Part shown: in pieces, positions 37,173 to 50,318 of the stretch
Layout of the letters: every line of letters starts with the position of its first letter
How positions within the stretch are numbered: position 1 is the first letter of the stretch
Origin: Eledone cirrhosa
Lineage: Eukaryota
Direction of reading: 5' to 3'
NCBI GenBank assembly: GCA_964016885.1
Contig: OZ024740.1
Span: 210,614,001-210,678,000 of the forward strand
DNA length: 64,000 bases
Position numbers and translations under genes: made by a program
Notes under the pieces: model-generated
What the model saw: only the letters and a program-made list of their open reading frames with translations
The model's database searches: none
Told to the model about the DNA's origin: nothing

Positions 37173-40100
37173 ATGGCTGTGTTAAGAGTGGGTTGTCTAA
37201 ATGCGCGTGGCCTGGGCTCACCTTGGAAGCAAGCTAAACTTCTAAATGACCTCAGGTCACAATGTATAAATGTGATGGTTATTTGCGAGGCCCGGATCAG
37301 CAGCGTGCGACAGCTAGCCCCCACCTTTGATGACTTTGAGATGCACGCATCTCTCTGTCAGCCCGGAGGTGGGGGTGGGGTTGTCGTTCTGCTGCAAAAA
37401 CATCTGGGTCTCGCTACACAGACGGTACACTTGGACCCGGAGGGTCGACTCGTGGTTCTGGACCTTGACAATGGTGAAGGCGAAGCTTTTAGGCTTGTCG
37501 CCGTATACGCCCCTTTTGGGGCAATGCGGTCGGACTTCTTCCATCGTCTGGAGACTTTTCTAGGGACGTCCCGCTCCTTGCTTTTAGTGGGGGACTGGAA
37601 TGGTATCCTAGATGCACGTTTGGACTATGTAGGGGCATGTCCCGATAGAGGGGTGTGTAACAGCCTTAAGGGGTTAATCGGCCGATTTGACCTGGCCGAT
37701 AGATACCGACTAGATTTTCCGACTGTGCCAACCTGGACTTGGTCAAATAACAGTGGTCAATCTAGATCGTACCTAGATAGGTTCTTAGTTAGAATTAAGG
37801 ATAGGGACATTTTAAGTTGTCCAGAAATGCTCATGGTGGGCTATTTAGACCACAAGTTAGTGACCTGCGTAGTCCACCTTGATAGAACGCATAGGCAGGG
37901 ACCCGGTTACTGGAAGCTCAACTTGTCCTTACCGGCAAGTAGAGCTTACAGGGACCGGATTAGAACCTTAGTTAAGGAGCGGTTGACTGGCACCATCGTC
38001 AACAGCAGGTGGTGGGGCTCTCTAAAAAGAGAGATTAGAGTAGTTTCAATAGGAGTTAGTAAGGAGTTAGCCTCAGATAGAAATAGGAAGGAAAGGGAGT
38101 TGGTAGTTAATGTTGAAGAGGCAATGAGAAGCGGCAACGTGGCCAGAGTGCAAGCGTCGAGAATGGTCTTTAACCAGTTCTTCGACGCGAAACACGAAGG
38201 CTGCGTTGTCCGAAGAAAAATACGTGCTCTGGGAAACGAGAGGACCAAAGCTGTTAGCTGGGCCCGCGTGACAAAAGCGAAAAGTGGGATTAAATCCACT
38301 ATCCGGTCTTTGCGAGACCAGGATGGACGGTTGATCCTTGAACCTAAGCAAATGTGCGAGGCCTTTCAAAGGCACTTTGCCCGATTGTTCGGGAGGGGCG
38401 GGGAGCCGGTTGGGGATGTGGAATTCGGTCCATACCTCGACGGCCTGGCGCGTCTTTCGGACAAGGAGGCGAGGTCCTGCGACGGGCCGATCTCAGCTGC
38501 TGAAATAGGGGACGTGCTGAGCCTATGCGGCAAACGCAAATCTCCAGGGTTCGATGGTCTGCCCTACGAACTATATATTAATATGCCGGACTTGTTCCCC
38601 GATCTCCTCGAGGCGGTCTACTGCAACTGGCAACAGAACGGGAGAATTCCCTGTTCTGTGACCAAGGGCGTAGTCTCGCTAGTGAGGAAGGACGAGAACA
38701 AGGGGGATGGCATTAGTAATTTTAGGCCCATAACTCTGCTAAATGCAGAGTTAAAAATTTTGGCCAAGGTGTTAGCGAAGAGGTTGGCGCTTGTCGTGGG
38801 GGCCCTGGTGGGAGATGCGCAGACATGCGCTATCCCGTCCAGGTCCATCCACGACAACCTCCACCTCATGCGATACATCATAGAGAGGGTTGGGAACGAA
38901 CCCGGCTTTGGTGGGGCCCTGATAAATTTAGATCAGTCTAAAGCGTTCGATAGGGTGGACCATGGTTACCTGGATGCGGTGCTAGCGGCGGCTGGGTTCG
39001 GACCCGTTTTCAGGGGCTGGATCACTGCCATGCACAGCAGCCGCATCTGCTCTAGAGTCAAGGTGAACGGCTACCTTTCGGAGCCGTTCGAAATCACCCG
39101 CTCCATCCGACAGGGGTGCCCTCTCTCCTCCCTTCTGTATGTATTGGCCCTCGAGCCACTACTGCGGAAATTAGAGTTGTTGCAGGGCATCCCTTTGGAA
39201 CCGGGATTGCGCAAAGCGGTGTCGGCCTATGCCGATGACGTAACAGTAATGGCGTCGACCACCTCGGAAATTGAGGCAAACGGCACCTTACTGGAGGAGT
39301 ACGAAAGGTTGACAGGGGCTAAGTTGAACCGGGACAAGTCAGTCGCTTTGCAACTCGGTGAGTGGAGGGGAAAAGCGATGTCGTGCGACGGTATCGTCGG
39401 ACGGAGGGCCCGGTGAAGTTGCTTGGGGTCTGGTTCGGACCGGACCTCCAGGTGGAGAAAAACTGGGGTGAGGTGACGAATAGGGTGTTTGCACTGATTC
39501 AGAAGTGGGCCGAGTGCAAACTATCCCTGAAAGGTCGGGCGGAGGTGGCGAACGCTTACATAGCGTCCGTCATCTATTACCGCTTGACTGTCGTGCCTTG
39601 CCCGGGTGAGATCCTCGCCAAAATGGAGCGCGCCCTCTTTTATTTCCTTTGGAAGAAGAGGTCTCCTCTGGTGAGGAGATCCATCTGCTGTCAACACCCT
39701 TTGAAAGGAGGGCTGGGGATGCCGTGGCTAAAAATGCGTAAACACGCATTGAGGCTAAGGCACCTCCAGGTATTCCTCACCGGTCAACCGGTGTGGGCCC
39801 CGTTTGTGAGGCGAGCCTTCCCGAGGCTCGTCTCGCTCACCGAGCTGCAGTCCTGGGTGAAGCCAAGACCGAGAAAACTGGGCGACTGGCACACCGAGTG
39901 TGCCCAGGCGCTCACGGCTCTCTGGCAGGCGCACCCGGCTATCGACGGAGACTCCACCTCGTCATTCTATAGAGGGCTGGTGGTTAGCAGGTGCGACGAC
40001 GCCCTAGGAGAAACCCTAGGCATGGAGGAGGACGAACTGGCCAGTCTATTCGGTAGGACTTTCGGCCCGGGACCTATGGACAACTTCCAGAAGTCCTTGG

Positions 40101-40608
40101 CCTGGCAGTGCTACTGAGGGGCTCTGCCCGTTCGGGATAAACTCTACAGACACGGGCGCCCGGGTAGGGACCCCTTGAAAAAGATCTGTCCCAGATGCGT
40201 GCGCGACGAGGAAACCATCGCGCACGCATTGGTGCACTGCCCGGGCGTTGCCGATCTGTGGGGCTATGTCGAACAACTGCTGTCACGGGTGGGACCAATT
40301 AGGTTGACCACCGAGTCCATTGTAACGATCAAGCCGCCCCCCCCCCCCCCTTCAAAAATGAAGGAGAGGCGATGTTTCTGTGTGTAATAGCCATGGTAAA
40401 AGAGGTTATATGGTAGACGCGTCTGAAAGGGCTGAGGTCGGACACCTTTCTTTCCGGCCAACAACTGGTCCTTTTCTTCCGATACCATTTCGGAAGAAGG
40501 ATCAGGATGGAGAGAGAGGTGCTGCACCCCAGCCAGTTTTATGAAAGGTGGGTGAAAGTGGCGAGAATGGCCCGTGTGAATGGGTCTTCTCTCTACCTCA
40601 GCCTGTAG
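37173..40608 (+). pseudogene. LINE ORF2 (APE-RT-ZnF), open for ~740 aa and then frameshifted/stopped
   Basis: 747-aa ORF plus 251-aa and shorter continuation ORFs, highly similar to ORF2 of copy 1. Confidence 0.93.
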
Positions 40609-40822
40609 GTGGAAAATGAAGAAGGGAGCACCCTCTCTTTGTGCTCCCGTGGAGAAGGGTCGCACATTTTTTCGGGGGTGTGTGTGACCCCAAAACGATC
40701 CCTCCCTATTGAGGACCTTCTTGTTACTATTTTGTTTCTTATATTTTTCTTACTCGATTTTTATGTAAACTCCCCCCACCCATGTCCCTTTCTTTTGTGC
40801 CCTAGTGGCAAATAAACAGAAA

Positions 40823-41596
40823 TGTGTCTGTCTGACTACGTCTGTCATCTATCTGTCTGTCTGTCTGACTATGTCTGTCATCTATCTGTCTGTCTGTCTA
40901 TCTGTCTGTCTATCTGTCTGTCTGTCTGACTACCTGTCTATCTGTCTATCTGTCTATCTATCTATCTATCTATCTGTCTGTCTGTCTGACTATGTCTGTC
41001 ATCTATCTGTCTGTCTGTCTATCTGTCTGTCTGTCTGACTACCTGTCTATCTGTCTATCTGTCTATCTATCTATCTGTCTGTCTGTCTGACTATGTCTGT
41101 CATCTATCTGTCTGTCTTTCTATCTGTCTGTCTGTCTATCTGTCTGTCTGTCTGACTACCTGTCTATCTGTCTATCTGTCTGTCTGTCTGACTGACTAAG
41201 TCTGTCATCTATCTGTCTGTCTGTCTATCTGTCTGTCTGTCTATCTGTCTGTCTGACTATGTCTGTCATCTATCCGTCTGTCTGTCTATCTGTCTGTTTA
41301 TCTGTCTGTCTGTCTGACTACCTGTCTATCTGTCTATCTATCTGTCTGTCTATCTGTCTGTTTATCTGTCTGTCTGTCTGACTACCTGTCTATCTGTCTA
41401 TCTGTCTATCTATCTGTCTGTCTATCTGTCTGTTTGTCTATCTGTCTGTCTGTCTGACTACCTGTCTATCTGTCTATCTGTCTGTCTGTCTATCTGTCTG
41501 TCTGTCTGACTACCTGCCTATCTGTCTATCTATCTATCTGTCTGTCTGTCTATCTGTCTGACTATGTCTGTCAATCTGTCTGTATATCTGTCTGTC
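40823..41596. repeat. Complex (TCTG/TCTA)n, i.e. GACA/GATA-type, satellite with recurring CTGACTATGTCTGTCATCTAT and CTGACTACCTGTCTAT motifs
   Basis: Directly visible. The same motifs occur in the spacers at ~32940-33120, 33325-33468 and 48423-48475. Confidence 0.97.
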
Positions 41597-44296
41597 GTGC
41601 CAGTAGACAATACAAGCTATATACACATTTCGGCAGAAGGGGGCAAGTCACATCGTTTTAAATGCGCAAGCACATCGCATTTAAAGGCCTCCTGTCCCCT
41701 CTTTCGACCCCCCCCCCAAAAAAAGTACTTTTACCAACACCAACTCCAAAACCACAACAACAACAACAACACAAAACAAGCAAGCACACAAAAACAAACA
41801 ACTGCTCAACCACAAACAACAGAAAAAAACACAAACAATTCCCTTGAAAAACACAGTACCACCCCATCCCACTCCATCCAACACTACCACAATCACACAC
41901 ACAAACACACCATCACCACACAACATACCCATCCCACACGCCCCTGATGACGATTCATCGCCAGATGAGGCTACTTCTCCATCCCCAAATGAAGATGAAG
42001 GAGAGCCTCGGAAATAAAAACAAAACAAAAAAAGAGACACCGCAAAGCCACAAAAACACCAATCACTAACATGAACACACAACCACCAACACAAACAACA
42101 ACACAAACACCACCCCAAACACAAATGTCCACCATAAAAAGAAAACTACAAAATGAACAACAAACCAAAACAACACAACAACAAAAGTACACATACATTA
42201 ACACAAACAACAAAAACCTAATGGAGGTCATCTCCCAAGACCCCAAAGTAGAAATTGAGGGGAAAACTTTTATCAAGGCAGACTCTCAACCACACCTAAA
42301 ACTGATAAGGGTTTCGATAGAAACCTATCAGAAATTAAAAGAACAATTTTCGCAGGACGTTGGCAACCCTTGTCAAAAGCCCATTAACCGCGTCCTATTA
42401 AAATGTTTCCCCACCCCACTCAACACCCGCACCAGCACCCAAATGGATATTGAACAACCCGATCTCCAGGAAACGAAAAGGTAAATGCATCTTTTCGTCC
42501 TTTTTCGCCAACTCTTCTCCACCAACATGGCTGATTTACAAGTTGGAAGTGTGAATGTGCGTGGCCTAGGGATGCCCAGGAAACAGGGCCAACTTTTAAA
42601 CGACCTTAGGTCACACGGTATGGATGTGATAGCCATCACCGAGTCCAGGATCCACAACAGGCAGCAACTAACCCCCACCTTCAATGACTTTGAGATCATG
42701 CTGTCAGCCAGGAGGCGGAGGGGGAGTGACTGTCATGTTTCGGAAAAACCTGGACGTTGAAGTACAGCAAGTACACTTGGACCCGGAGGGTAGACTGGTA
42801 GTCCTAGACGTGAACAGTGTTGGAGGTGGAGCCTTCAGACTGGTGGCCGTTTATACCCCAACTGGGCAATCGCGGTCAGACTTCTTTAAGCGTCTAGAGT
42901 CTTTTCTGGGAACGTCTAGCTCCTTGCTTTTAGTGGGGGACTGGAATGGTATCCTAGACGTACGATGGGACTATGTAGGATCATGTCCCAGTAGAGGGGG
43001 GTGCAACAGACTCAAAAATTTAATCGGCCAGTTCCAACTGGCTGATAGGTATCGACTAAATTTCCCGACTGCACCAGAGTGGACGTGGACAAATCTCAGC
43101 GAGACATCTAGATCATATTTAGACAGGTTATTTATTAGAGAGAGAGAGAGAGAAGAAGATGTTAAGCTGTCCACAAATGCACATGGTTGCCTATTCAGAC
43201 CACAAACTAGTCATCTGCATAGTCAACCGTGATAGAATACATAGACAAGGACCCGGATACTGGAAGCTGAACGTTTTCGCTACCGACACGTAAAGCCTAC
43301 AGTGAACGGATAAGTAGATTAGTTAAGCAACAATTGACGGGAGCCATCGTCAACAATAGATGGTGGTATTCCCTCAGGAAAGCAATTAGAATAGAGTCGA
43401 TAGACTTTAGCAGAGAGTTAGCCTTACAGAGAAACAAAACAGAAACGGAACTAGTAGCCAAGGTAGAGGAGGCGCTTAGGAGCGGCAACGTAGCTAGAGT
43501 GCTAGCAACGAGAACGGCACTGGACCAGTTCTTCGACGCGAAATACGAAGGCTGCGTGGTCAGAAGTAAATCACGTGCTCTAGTAAACGAGGGAGCGAAA
43601 GCTGTTAGCTGGGCCCGAGTGGTAGAGGAAAAATGTAGCAACAAGTCCACGCTTCGGTCTTTGAAATACTAAAACGGACGCGTGCTACTTGACCCCAAGC
43701 GGATATGCGCGGCCTTTCAGCGGAATTTTGCGCAACTGTTCGAGCAGAGTGGCGGTGCGTCGAACGGGGCAATGGACTTCGGTTCATACCTCGACGGCCT
43801 GTCGCGTCTCTCGAGCATGGACGCCGAGTTCTGCGAAAGACCGATCACAGCCACTGAGGTACGGGACGCTCTGGGCCGCTGCGGGAAACGCAAATCACCC
43901 GGTCTATATGGTCTACCCTATGAGTTTTACATAGGCATGCTGGACTTGTTCTCTGGCGTCCTCGAAGCCGTCTACTGCAACTGGCAGCAGAACGGGAGAA
44001 TTCACAGTTCTGCAGGCTGGGGCGTAGTAACGCTGATCAGGAAAGACGAAACAAGGGGGATGAACTAAGCAACTTTAGGCTCATAAGTCTGCTCAACACA
44101 GAGTTAAAGATTTTGGCCAAGGTGTTGGCAACAAGGTTGGCGCCTGTCGTTGAGAAACTGGTAGGGAATGCGCAAACGTGTGCAATCCCGACCAGGTCCA
44201 TACACGACAACCTCCACTTCATGCGATACATAATAGAGAGGGTGGGGTGTAAACCTGGCTTCGGTGGGGCTCTGATCAATTTAGATCAGTCTAAGG

Positions 44297-46724
44297 CAGC
44301 AGTTCCCAAACTTTTATAATAAATTCCACCTTAATGATATAGCAAGCAAAACAGTATGACCCCCCCCCCCCCCCTAAAAAAATTAAAATTTTTGATATAA
44401 TTTTTTTATGTAGAAATAATTTCGGCATCTCTTTTTATTTCAATGAAATCATTTTAAATTTATTATAAACCCTTTTTCAACAAAAAAACATTAAAACAAG
44501 AACATATTATTTAATTTCAAAGAACAAATTAATGTATTTCTGTAATTGTTTGTTTTCAACTAGTTTCTGGAATCTTGGAAGAATAGAGGTAAGAGCACAC
44601 ATCAAGTCATCTTCAACTGCCAATTTGTTTCTTGCCTTTGATTTGATTGCTAACATAGCAGAGAACCCGCTCTCACAAAGATAAGTAGATGAAAATGGCA
44701 GCAACACATGGATCGCCATGTCAGTTATTCTTGGGTTGGACACTTTCATAGAACACCAGAATTCATTCAATTCTTCTGTCTTAAACAAATTATTTGCTGT
44801 TGAGTCATTAATTAGTTCAAGGAATTCTTCTTGAGCGGCTTCTGGTACAACTTCCACATCACAAAGAAAGGAATTTCTTGTCAACTCAAGATTTTGTTGA
44901 CTTAGAACTGGGAAGTCCTCTGAAACTCATTCTCAAGTTGTGACAGATCGTCAGTTATTTCAAGTTCTGTGGTCATTGGGAGTTGCTCTGCATTTAGAAT
45001 AGATGTCATTTTTGGAAACATTATAACATTATCTGGGTGAACTCTTTGCTTGTATAATACTAATTTTCCTAGAAAAGCCCGGATATCATCTGTATGTGAC
45101 AGAATATTGCAATTTTTCCCTTGCAATTTTAAATTCAAACTATTGAGTATGTCGAAAATGTCAACAAGATAAGCAAGAAGAAGATCAAATTGATCATGTT
45201 GAAATTTTTCCAGAATATCTTGCTTCTTTTGCTCTTCAACAGACTTTTTCACCACATTGCTAAGCGAGAAAAACCTTTCCAAAAATTGACCAGCTGACAA
45301 CCAACGGACAGCTGTGTAGTAAAGATGAGTATGCTTTGTTCCCAGGTCATCACAAAGTTGTTTGAACAAACGAGTATTCAGAGCTGATGATTTGATAAAA
45401 TTTACAATTTTGACAATGTCTTTGAAGAAATTATTTAATTTTTGAGGCAATGATTTTGATGCAAGGGCTTCTTTGTGTATGAAGCAATGTACTTGTACTT
45501 GTGGTGCTTTAGCTTTTACCAGTGTTTGTAAACCAGACCTTGATCCAAGCATTGCTGGTGCTCCATCTGTTGTTATGCCTATGGGATGTTGCCAAAGAAT
45601 TCCATGCTTGTCAATAAATGTAGAAATTGATTCCATGACATCAACTGCTTTCGTTGTGCCCTCCAGCGAATGACAGTAAAGAAACTCTTCTTTCATATGA
45701 CCATTAAACAAATAGCGACAGAAGACTAGGAGTTGAGAACATGGAAACATCAGTTGATTCATCAAGCTGCAATGCAAACCATGGTGAATCCTTAATTTGC
45801 TCAACGATTTGTTCCTTCAAATCTTCCGATATATCATTTATCCTTCGTTTTATCGTGTTATTTGACAAGGATATATCATTTAACTTCTTTGAAGCACTTT
45901 CTCCAACAACAAGTTTAACCTTCTCTTTGGCACAAGGCAAAATCAGTTCCTCAGCAATCGTATGTGCCTTCTTTTGTTGAGCAATCAGATAAGCAACACG
46001 ATAGAAGCTTCAACAATAGTGGCCTTGGTCTCATGAATAGTACCACTTACATCAAGCTTTTGATTTTTTAAACCATCTGATTTCCTTTTAAAAAAAGATT
46101 CAACTTTTCCAAGTAGTTCAGGATGACATTTTGAAAGATGTAATTTGAGCTTAGAAGGCCTCATAGAGTCATTTCCCAGTACCTTGAAACAAGTTACACA
46201 TTGAGGCAAATCAATATTGTTCTTTTGCATGCAAACAAATCCCATTTGAAGATAGGAATCATCATACTTTCTTTTTTTTCTGTTTTTCTGACATTGAGAA
46301 ATTCACTAAAATAAATAAAAAAAAGTTTCTATATCCAGTTTTAAATGATAAATTTACTAAAATAAATAATGAAAAGTACTTCAAAATAGTCAAAGTAATT
46401 TTGTCAATGAGAAATTTACTAAAATAAATAATATATATCCTGTTATAAAAATAAGTTTCTTTACTAAGTTTACTTACTAAAACATAAATTGTTATATCCA
46501 GATTTAAATAATTATCAAGTGAAGTAAAATCATAATTAGAAAAGGTAGAAAGTTGATAAAAAGTTGAATATAAAAATTTGAAGCAAGAAAAAGAAAAAAT
46601 TGTTAGGAAACTACTCTTCTTTTTTATGTATGAAATTTTGTGATTTTTAGTTAATTCCCGTGGCTCCCCCAATAACTTGCTATGGCCCACTGGTGGGCCA
46701 TGGCCCTCTGGTTGGGAACCAATG
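44297..46724 (-). mobile_element. hAT DNA transposon, Buster/Charlie type (2428 bp)
   Basis: Imperfect TIRs CAGCAGTTCCCAAAC / CATTGGTTCCCAACC. Perfect 8-bp TSD GTCTAAGG (44289-44296 and 46725-46732) with central TA. Confidence 0.95.
44507..46294 (-). pseudogene. Frameshifted hAT transposase (ZBED5/SCAND3/Buster-like)
   Basis: BED finger PQCVTC...HLSKCH, FALQLDESTD, TTDGAPAMLG, HCFIHKEAL, VRWLS, PFSSTYLCESGFS. Confidence 0.92.
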
Positions 46725-48720
46725 GTCTAAGGCGTTCGATGGGGTTGAGCATCGATACTTGGAACCGGTTCTCAAGGTGGCCGGTTTCGGACCCGTCTTC
46801 AGAGGCTGGATCACCGCAATGCACACCAACTTCTGCTCTATGGTCAAGGTGAACGGCTACCTATCGGAGCCGTTCGCAATCACGCGTTCCATCCGACATG
46901 GATGTCCTCTCTCCTCCATTCTGTACGTACTGACTCTAGAGCTACTACTGCGGAAGTTGGAGCTGCTGCAGGGCATCCCGTTGGAACCGGGACTGCGGAA
47001 AGCGGCGTCGGCTTATCCCGACGACGGGACAGTAATGGTGTTGGAAATCGGGGCGATCGGCAACTTACTGCAGGAATACGAAAGGCTCACAGGAACAAAA
47101 CTGAACCCGGACAAGTCTGTCGGTTTGCAACTCGGAACGTGGAGAGGCAAACCGATGCCGTCCGACAGCGTCGTCGGACGCTGGACGGACGGACCGGTGA
47201 AATTGCTCGGGGTCTGGTTCGGTCCGGACCTCCAGGTGGAGAAAAACTGGAACGAGGTCACGGCCAAGGTATTTGCGCTCACCCAGAAGTGGGCAGAGTG
47301 CAAACTATCCTTGAAAGGTCGAGCGGAGGTGGCGAACACTTTTATAGCGTCCGCCATCTACTACCGCTTGACCGTCGCGCCTTGTATCTACAGGTATTTC
47401 TCACCGACCCCCAACCGGTGTGGGCACCGTTTGTGAGACAGGCCTTCCCGTAACTTGTCTTGCTGAAGGAGCTGCAGTCCTGGGTCAAGCGGAGACCGAA
47501 GATGAGCGCCTGGAACATTAAATGGTCTCAGGCGCTCACAGTTCTCTGTCAAACGAGCACGGCAATCAGTGGAAACTCCACTTCGACATTTTATAGAGGG
47601 TTAGTACGTCACAAGGGGGACGACGTGCTCGGAGAGACTCTAGGCATCGAAGACGACGAGTTAACCAGTCTGTTTGGTAGAACTTTCCGCCTGGGACCTA
47701 TGGACAACTTCCAGAGGTCCCTGGCCTGGCAGTGCTACCGCGGAGCTCTACCAGTTCGTGACAAGATCTACAGGCACGGCCGCCCCGACAGGGATCTTTC
47801 CAAGAGGACGTATCCAAAATGCGGTCAGGACAGTGAAACCGTCTTGCCCGCAATTGTACACTGCCGGGGCGTAACCGACCTGTGGAACTACGCAGAACCA
47901 CTGCTGTAGTAAGGATCAAACCGCCAACTTCTTTCAAAAACGAAAGAGAAGCGGTTTTCCTCTGTATAGTGACTATGGTGAAAGAGGTTATATGGTGGAT
48001 GAGATTGAGAGGACTGAGGACAGATGCCTTTCTCTCCGGACAACAACTCATTCCATTCTTTAGGTACCACTTTAGAAGGAGAATCAGAGTGGAGAGAGAG
48101 GCACTGCACCCCAGTAAATTTACTGAAAGGTGGGTGAATGTGGCAAAAATGGCCCGAGTGATTGGCCTTCTCTGTATATAAACCTGTAGCTTGAAGAAGA
48201 GAGCAAAGGGAAGAAAGGAGCACTTGCACAACACGCTCTTGAAGTTGAGGGTTGTTCTATCTACGGGGTATTAAACAACCCATTTGTGGCGCCTCCCCCT
48301 ATTGGGGATTTCGATTGTTATAATTGTTTGTTTCATATTTTTACACGATTGTATGTAAAATCCCCGGCATGTGTCCTTGTTTTGTCCCCTTTTCTTGTGC
48401 GCCCTTGTGGCTAATAAAGAAATATATCTATCTGTCTGTCTATCTATATGTCTGTCATCTATCTGACTAACTATTTATTTGCATATCTGTCTCTCACCTA
48501 TATGGAAAGATTCTCTGGATCCCATTTCTCCGTTTTACATACCATACACCACCCAACGTCTCCACCCATCCATAGTAGTTCAAACTCTTTCTCTTACTCT
48601 CCTCCCTCTTTCTTTATTTACTTCACTCTCTTTCATCTACAACATTCACACTCACCAACTTCGATTACTCTTTTTTTCTGCTCTCCCAACCCTCTCTATT
48701 TTCCCCACTTTACTTATCTT

Positions 48721-48790
<70 letters not shown>

Positions 48791-49231
48791 TCCCCTACAT
48801 TCTCTCTCCTTCATATATTCCATTTCTTTACTCTCTTCCACATTCCCTGTATCCCTTAGTCTATTTATTATTCAGTCTAGCAATCAATTTTATCGTTCGC
48901 CTTTTCTCTGAATTGAGAGATCACAGCTCCGATACTATGGACATGTGGTTAGAATGTCCCAGGAAAGAATCGCTGGACAGATTGTATAGGCAAAACCAAC
49001 CAGCATGAGACCCAGGGGCAGACCCCGAGGAAGATAGTTGGATATTATCCAGGAGCCTTGCTGGTTTCCCTTGCTCGTTTCCTTCAGTTGGAGAAGAAGA
49101 AGTTCACATTAAACTGTCAATAGTCCAGTTCACCTAGCTGTAAGTAGGTACCACATCGTCAACTGTAATGTGTCAATGACCAAGACATTATACTGTCAAC
49201 AGGCCTGTCCACCTAGCGGTACGAAGATACC

Positions 49232-49316
<85 letters not shown>

Positions 49317-49319
<3 letters not shown>

Positions 49320-50318
49320 TAATCTATAAAGCTCAGTGTGTGGTCATGCTCCTTCGTTATAGAAATCTAGGATATAGAATTTCTTCAATTGAAATTTACA
49401 ATTCAGTATTCGAAATAGCTTCGATTGCGTCTTGACGCAGATAATTTTTTCAATTTCACCCACAATTACGCAAAAAATAGATAAAACTCAATATTTTACG
49501 ATTTTTCTCTCTCATTTAAACTGCTGAACTCTTTCTACTACCATTCAAAATCTATACAACTTCATACTTTCTACTACTTTCTCTTTCCAAGCTTGATGGT
49601 GATACTGTCCGTTCACACCACTCCCTACTGTCTTAAATTTAGAAAACACATATCCTCTATGAGGTTACTAAACCTGCTAGAAACAGCAGCTAACTCTCCC
49701 CCATATCACACCCCTCCCCACACCACTCCCTACTGTCTTAAATTTAGGAAACACATATCCTCTATGAGGTTACTAAACCTGCTAGAAACAGCAGCTAACT
49801 CTTCCCCATATCACACCCCTCCCTACTGTCTTAAATTTAGAAAACATATCTTCTATGAGGTCACTAAACCTGCTAGAAACAGCAGCTAACTCTCCCCCAT
49901 ATCACACCACTCCCTACTGTCTTAAATTTAGAAAACACATATCCTCTATGAGGTTACTAAACCTGCTAGAAACAACAGCTAACTCTCCCTCATATCACAA
50001 CCCTCCCTACTGTCTTAAATTTAGAAAACACACAGACAACCATGCAGAACAACTCCATCGCAGCTCTGTTGTTCGGCTGGCATCGTCTACGCGCGTGTTG
50101 CGCAAGTACTGTGAAACAATAAATTTCAACACTTTTTTGCACAGAGATAATATCCATAGGCGAAACTACAATTGTCACTGCTGGCGCAGCTCATGCTTCC
50201 AGGTCTGCAATTCATTCACCCAGTGCCTGGCAGACAAAAAAGTGCTGCCATAAAATGGGTGGTGCAACCTAACTTTGGTAACTTAATGACCCCGAGCAAC
50301 GCCGGTCTTTAATGCTAG
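49317..50318 (+). mobile_element. Non-autonomous Helitron (~1.0 kb) carrying an internal tandem repeat
   Basis: 5' A|TC(ATAATCTATAAAG). 3' GC-rich hairpin CCCGAGCAACGCCGG followed ~10 nt later by CTAG|T. Inserted at an AT site within (TA)n. Confidence 0.75.
49615..50032. repeat. ~95-112-bp tandem repeat (~4 units) inside the Helitron
   Basis: Unit CTCCCTACTGTCTTAAATTTAGAAAACACATATCCTCTATGAGGTTACTAAACCTGCTAGAAACAGCAGCTAACTCTCCCCCATATCACAC. Confidence 0.9.

Larger units (their letters stand above)
35222..40822 (+). mobile_element. Apparently full-length Tx1-clade LINE (~5.6 kb): 5'UTR, ORF1, ORF2, 3'UTR
   Basis: Complete layout is present; 3' end GCCCTAGTGGCAAATAAAC followed by TCTG/TCTA satellite. 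Confidence 0.92.
41597..48422 (+). mobile_element. Tx1-clade LINE (second subfamily), 5'-truncated in ORF1, degenerate, interrupted by a hAT transposon
   Basis: ORF1 remnant with a degenerate zinc knuckle, ending MDIEQPDLQETKR*. ORF2 pieces continue across the insertion (DQSKA|...SKAFD). 3' end GCCCTTGTGGCTAATAAAG. Confidence 0.92.

Noticed and set aside
24681-48234. Numerous antisense and alternate-frame ORFs within the Tx1 copies
   Set aside because: They are shadows of GC-rich ORF2 sequence with no independent motifs.
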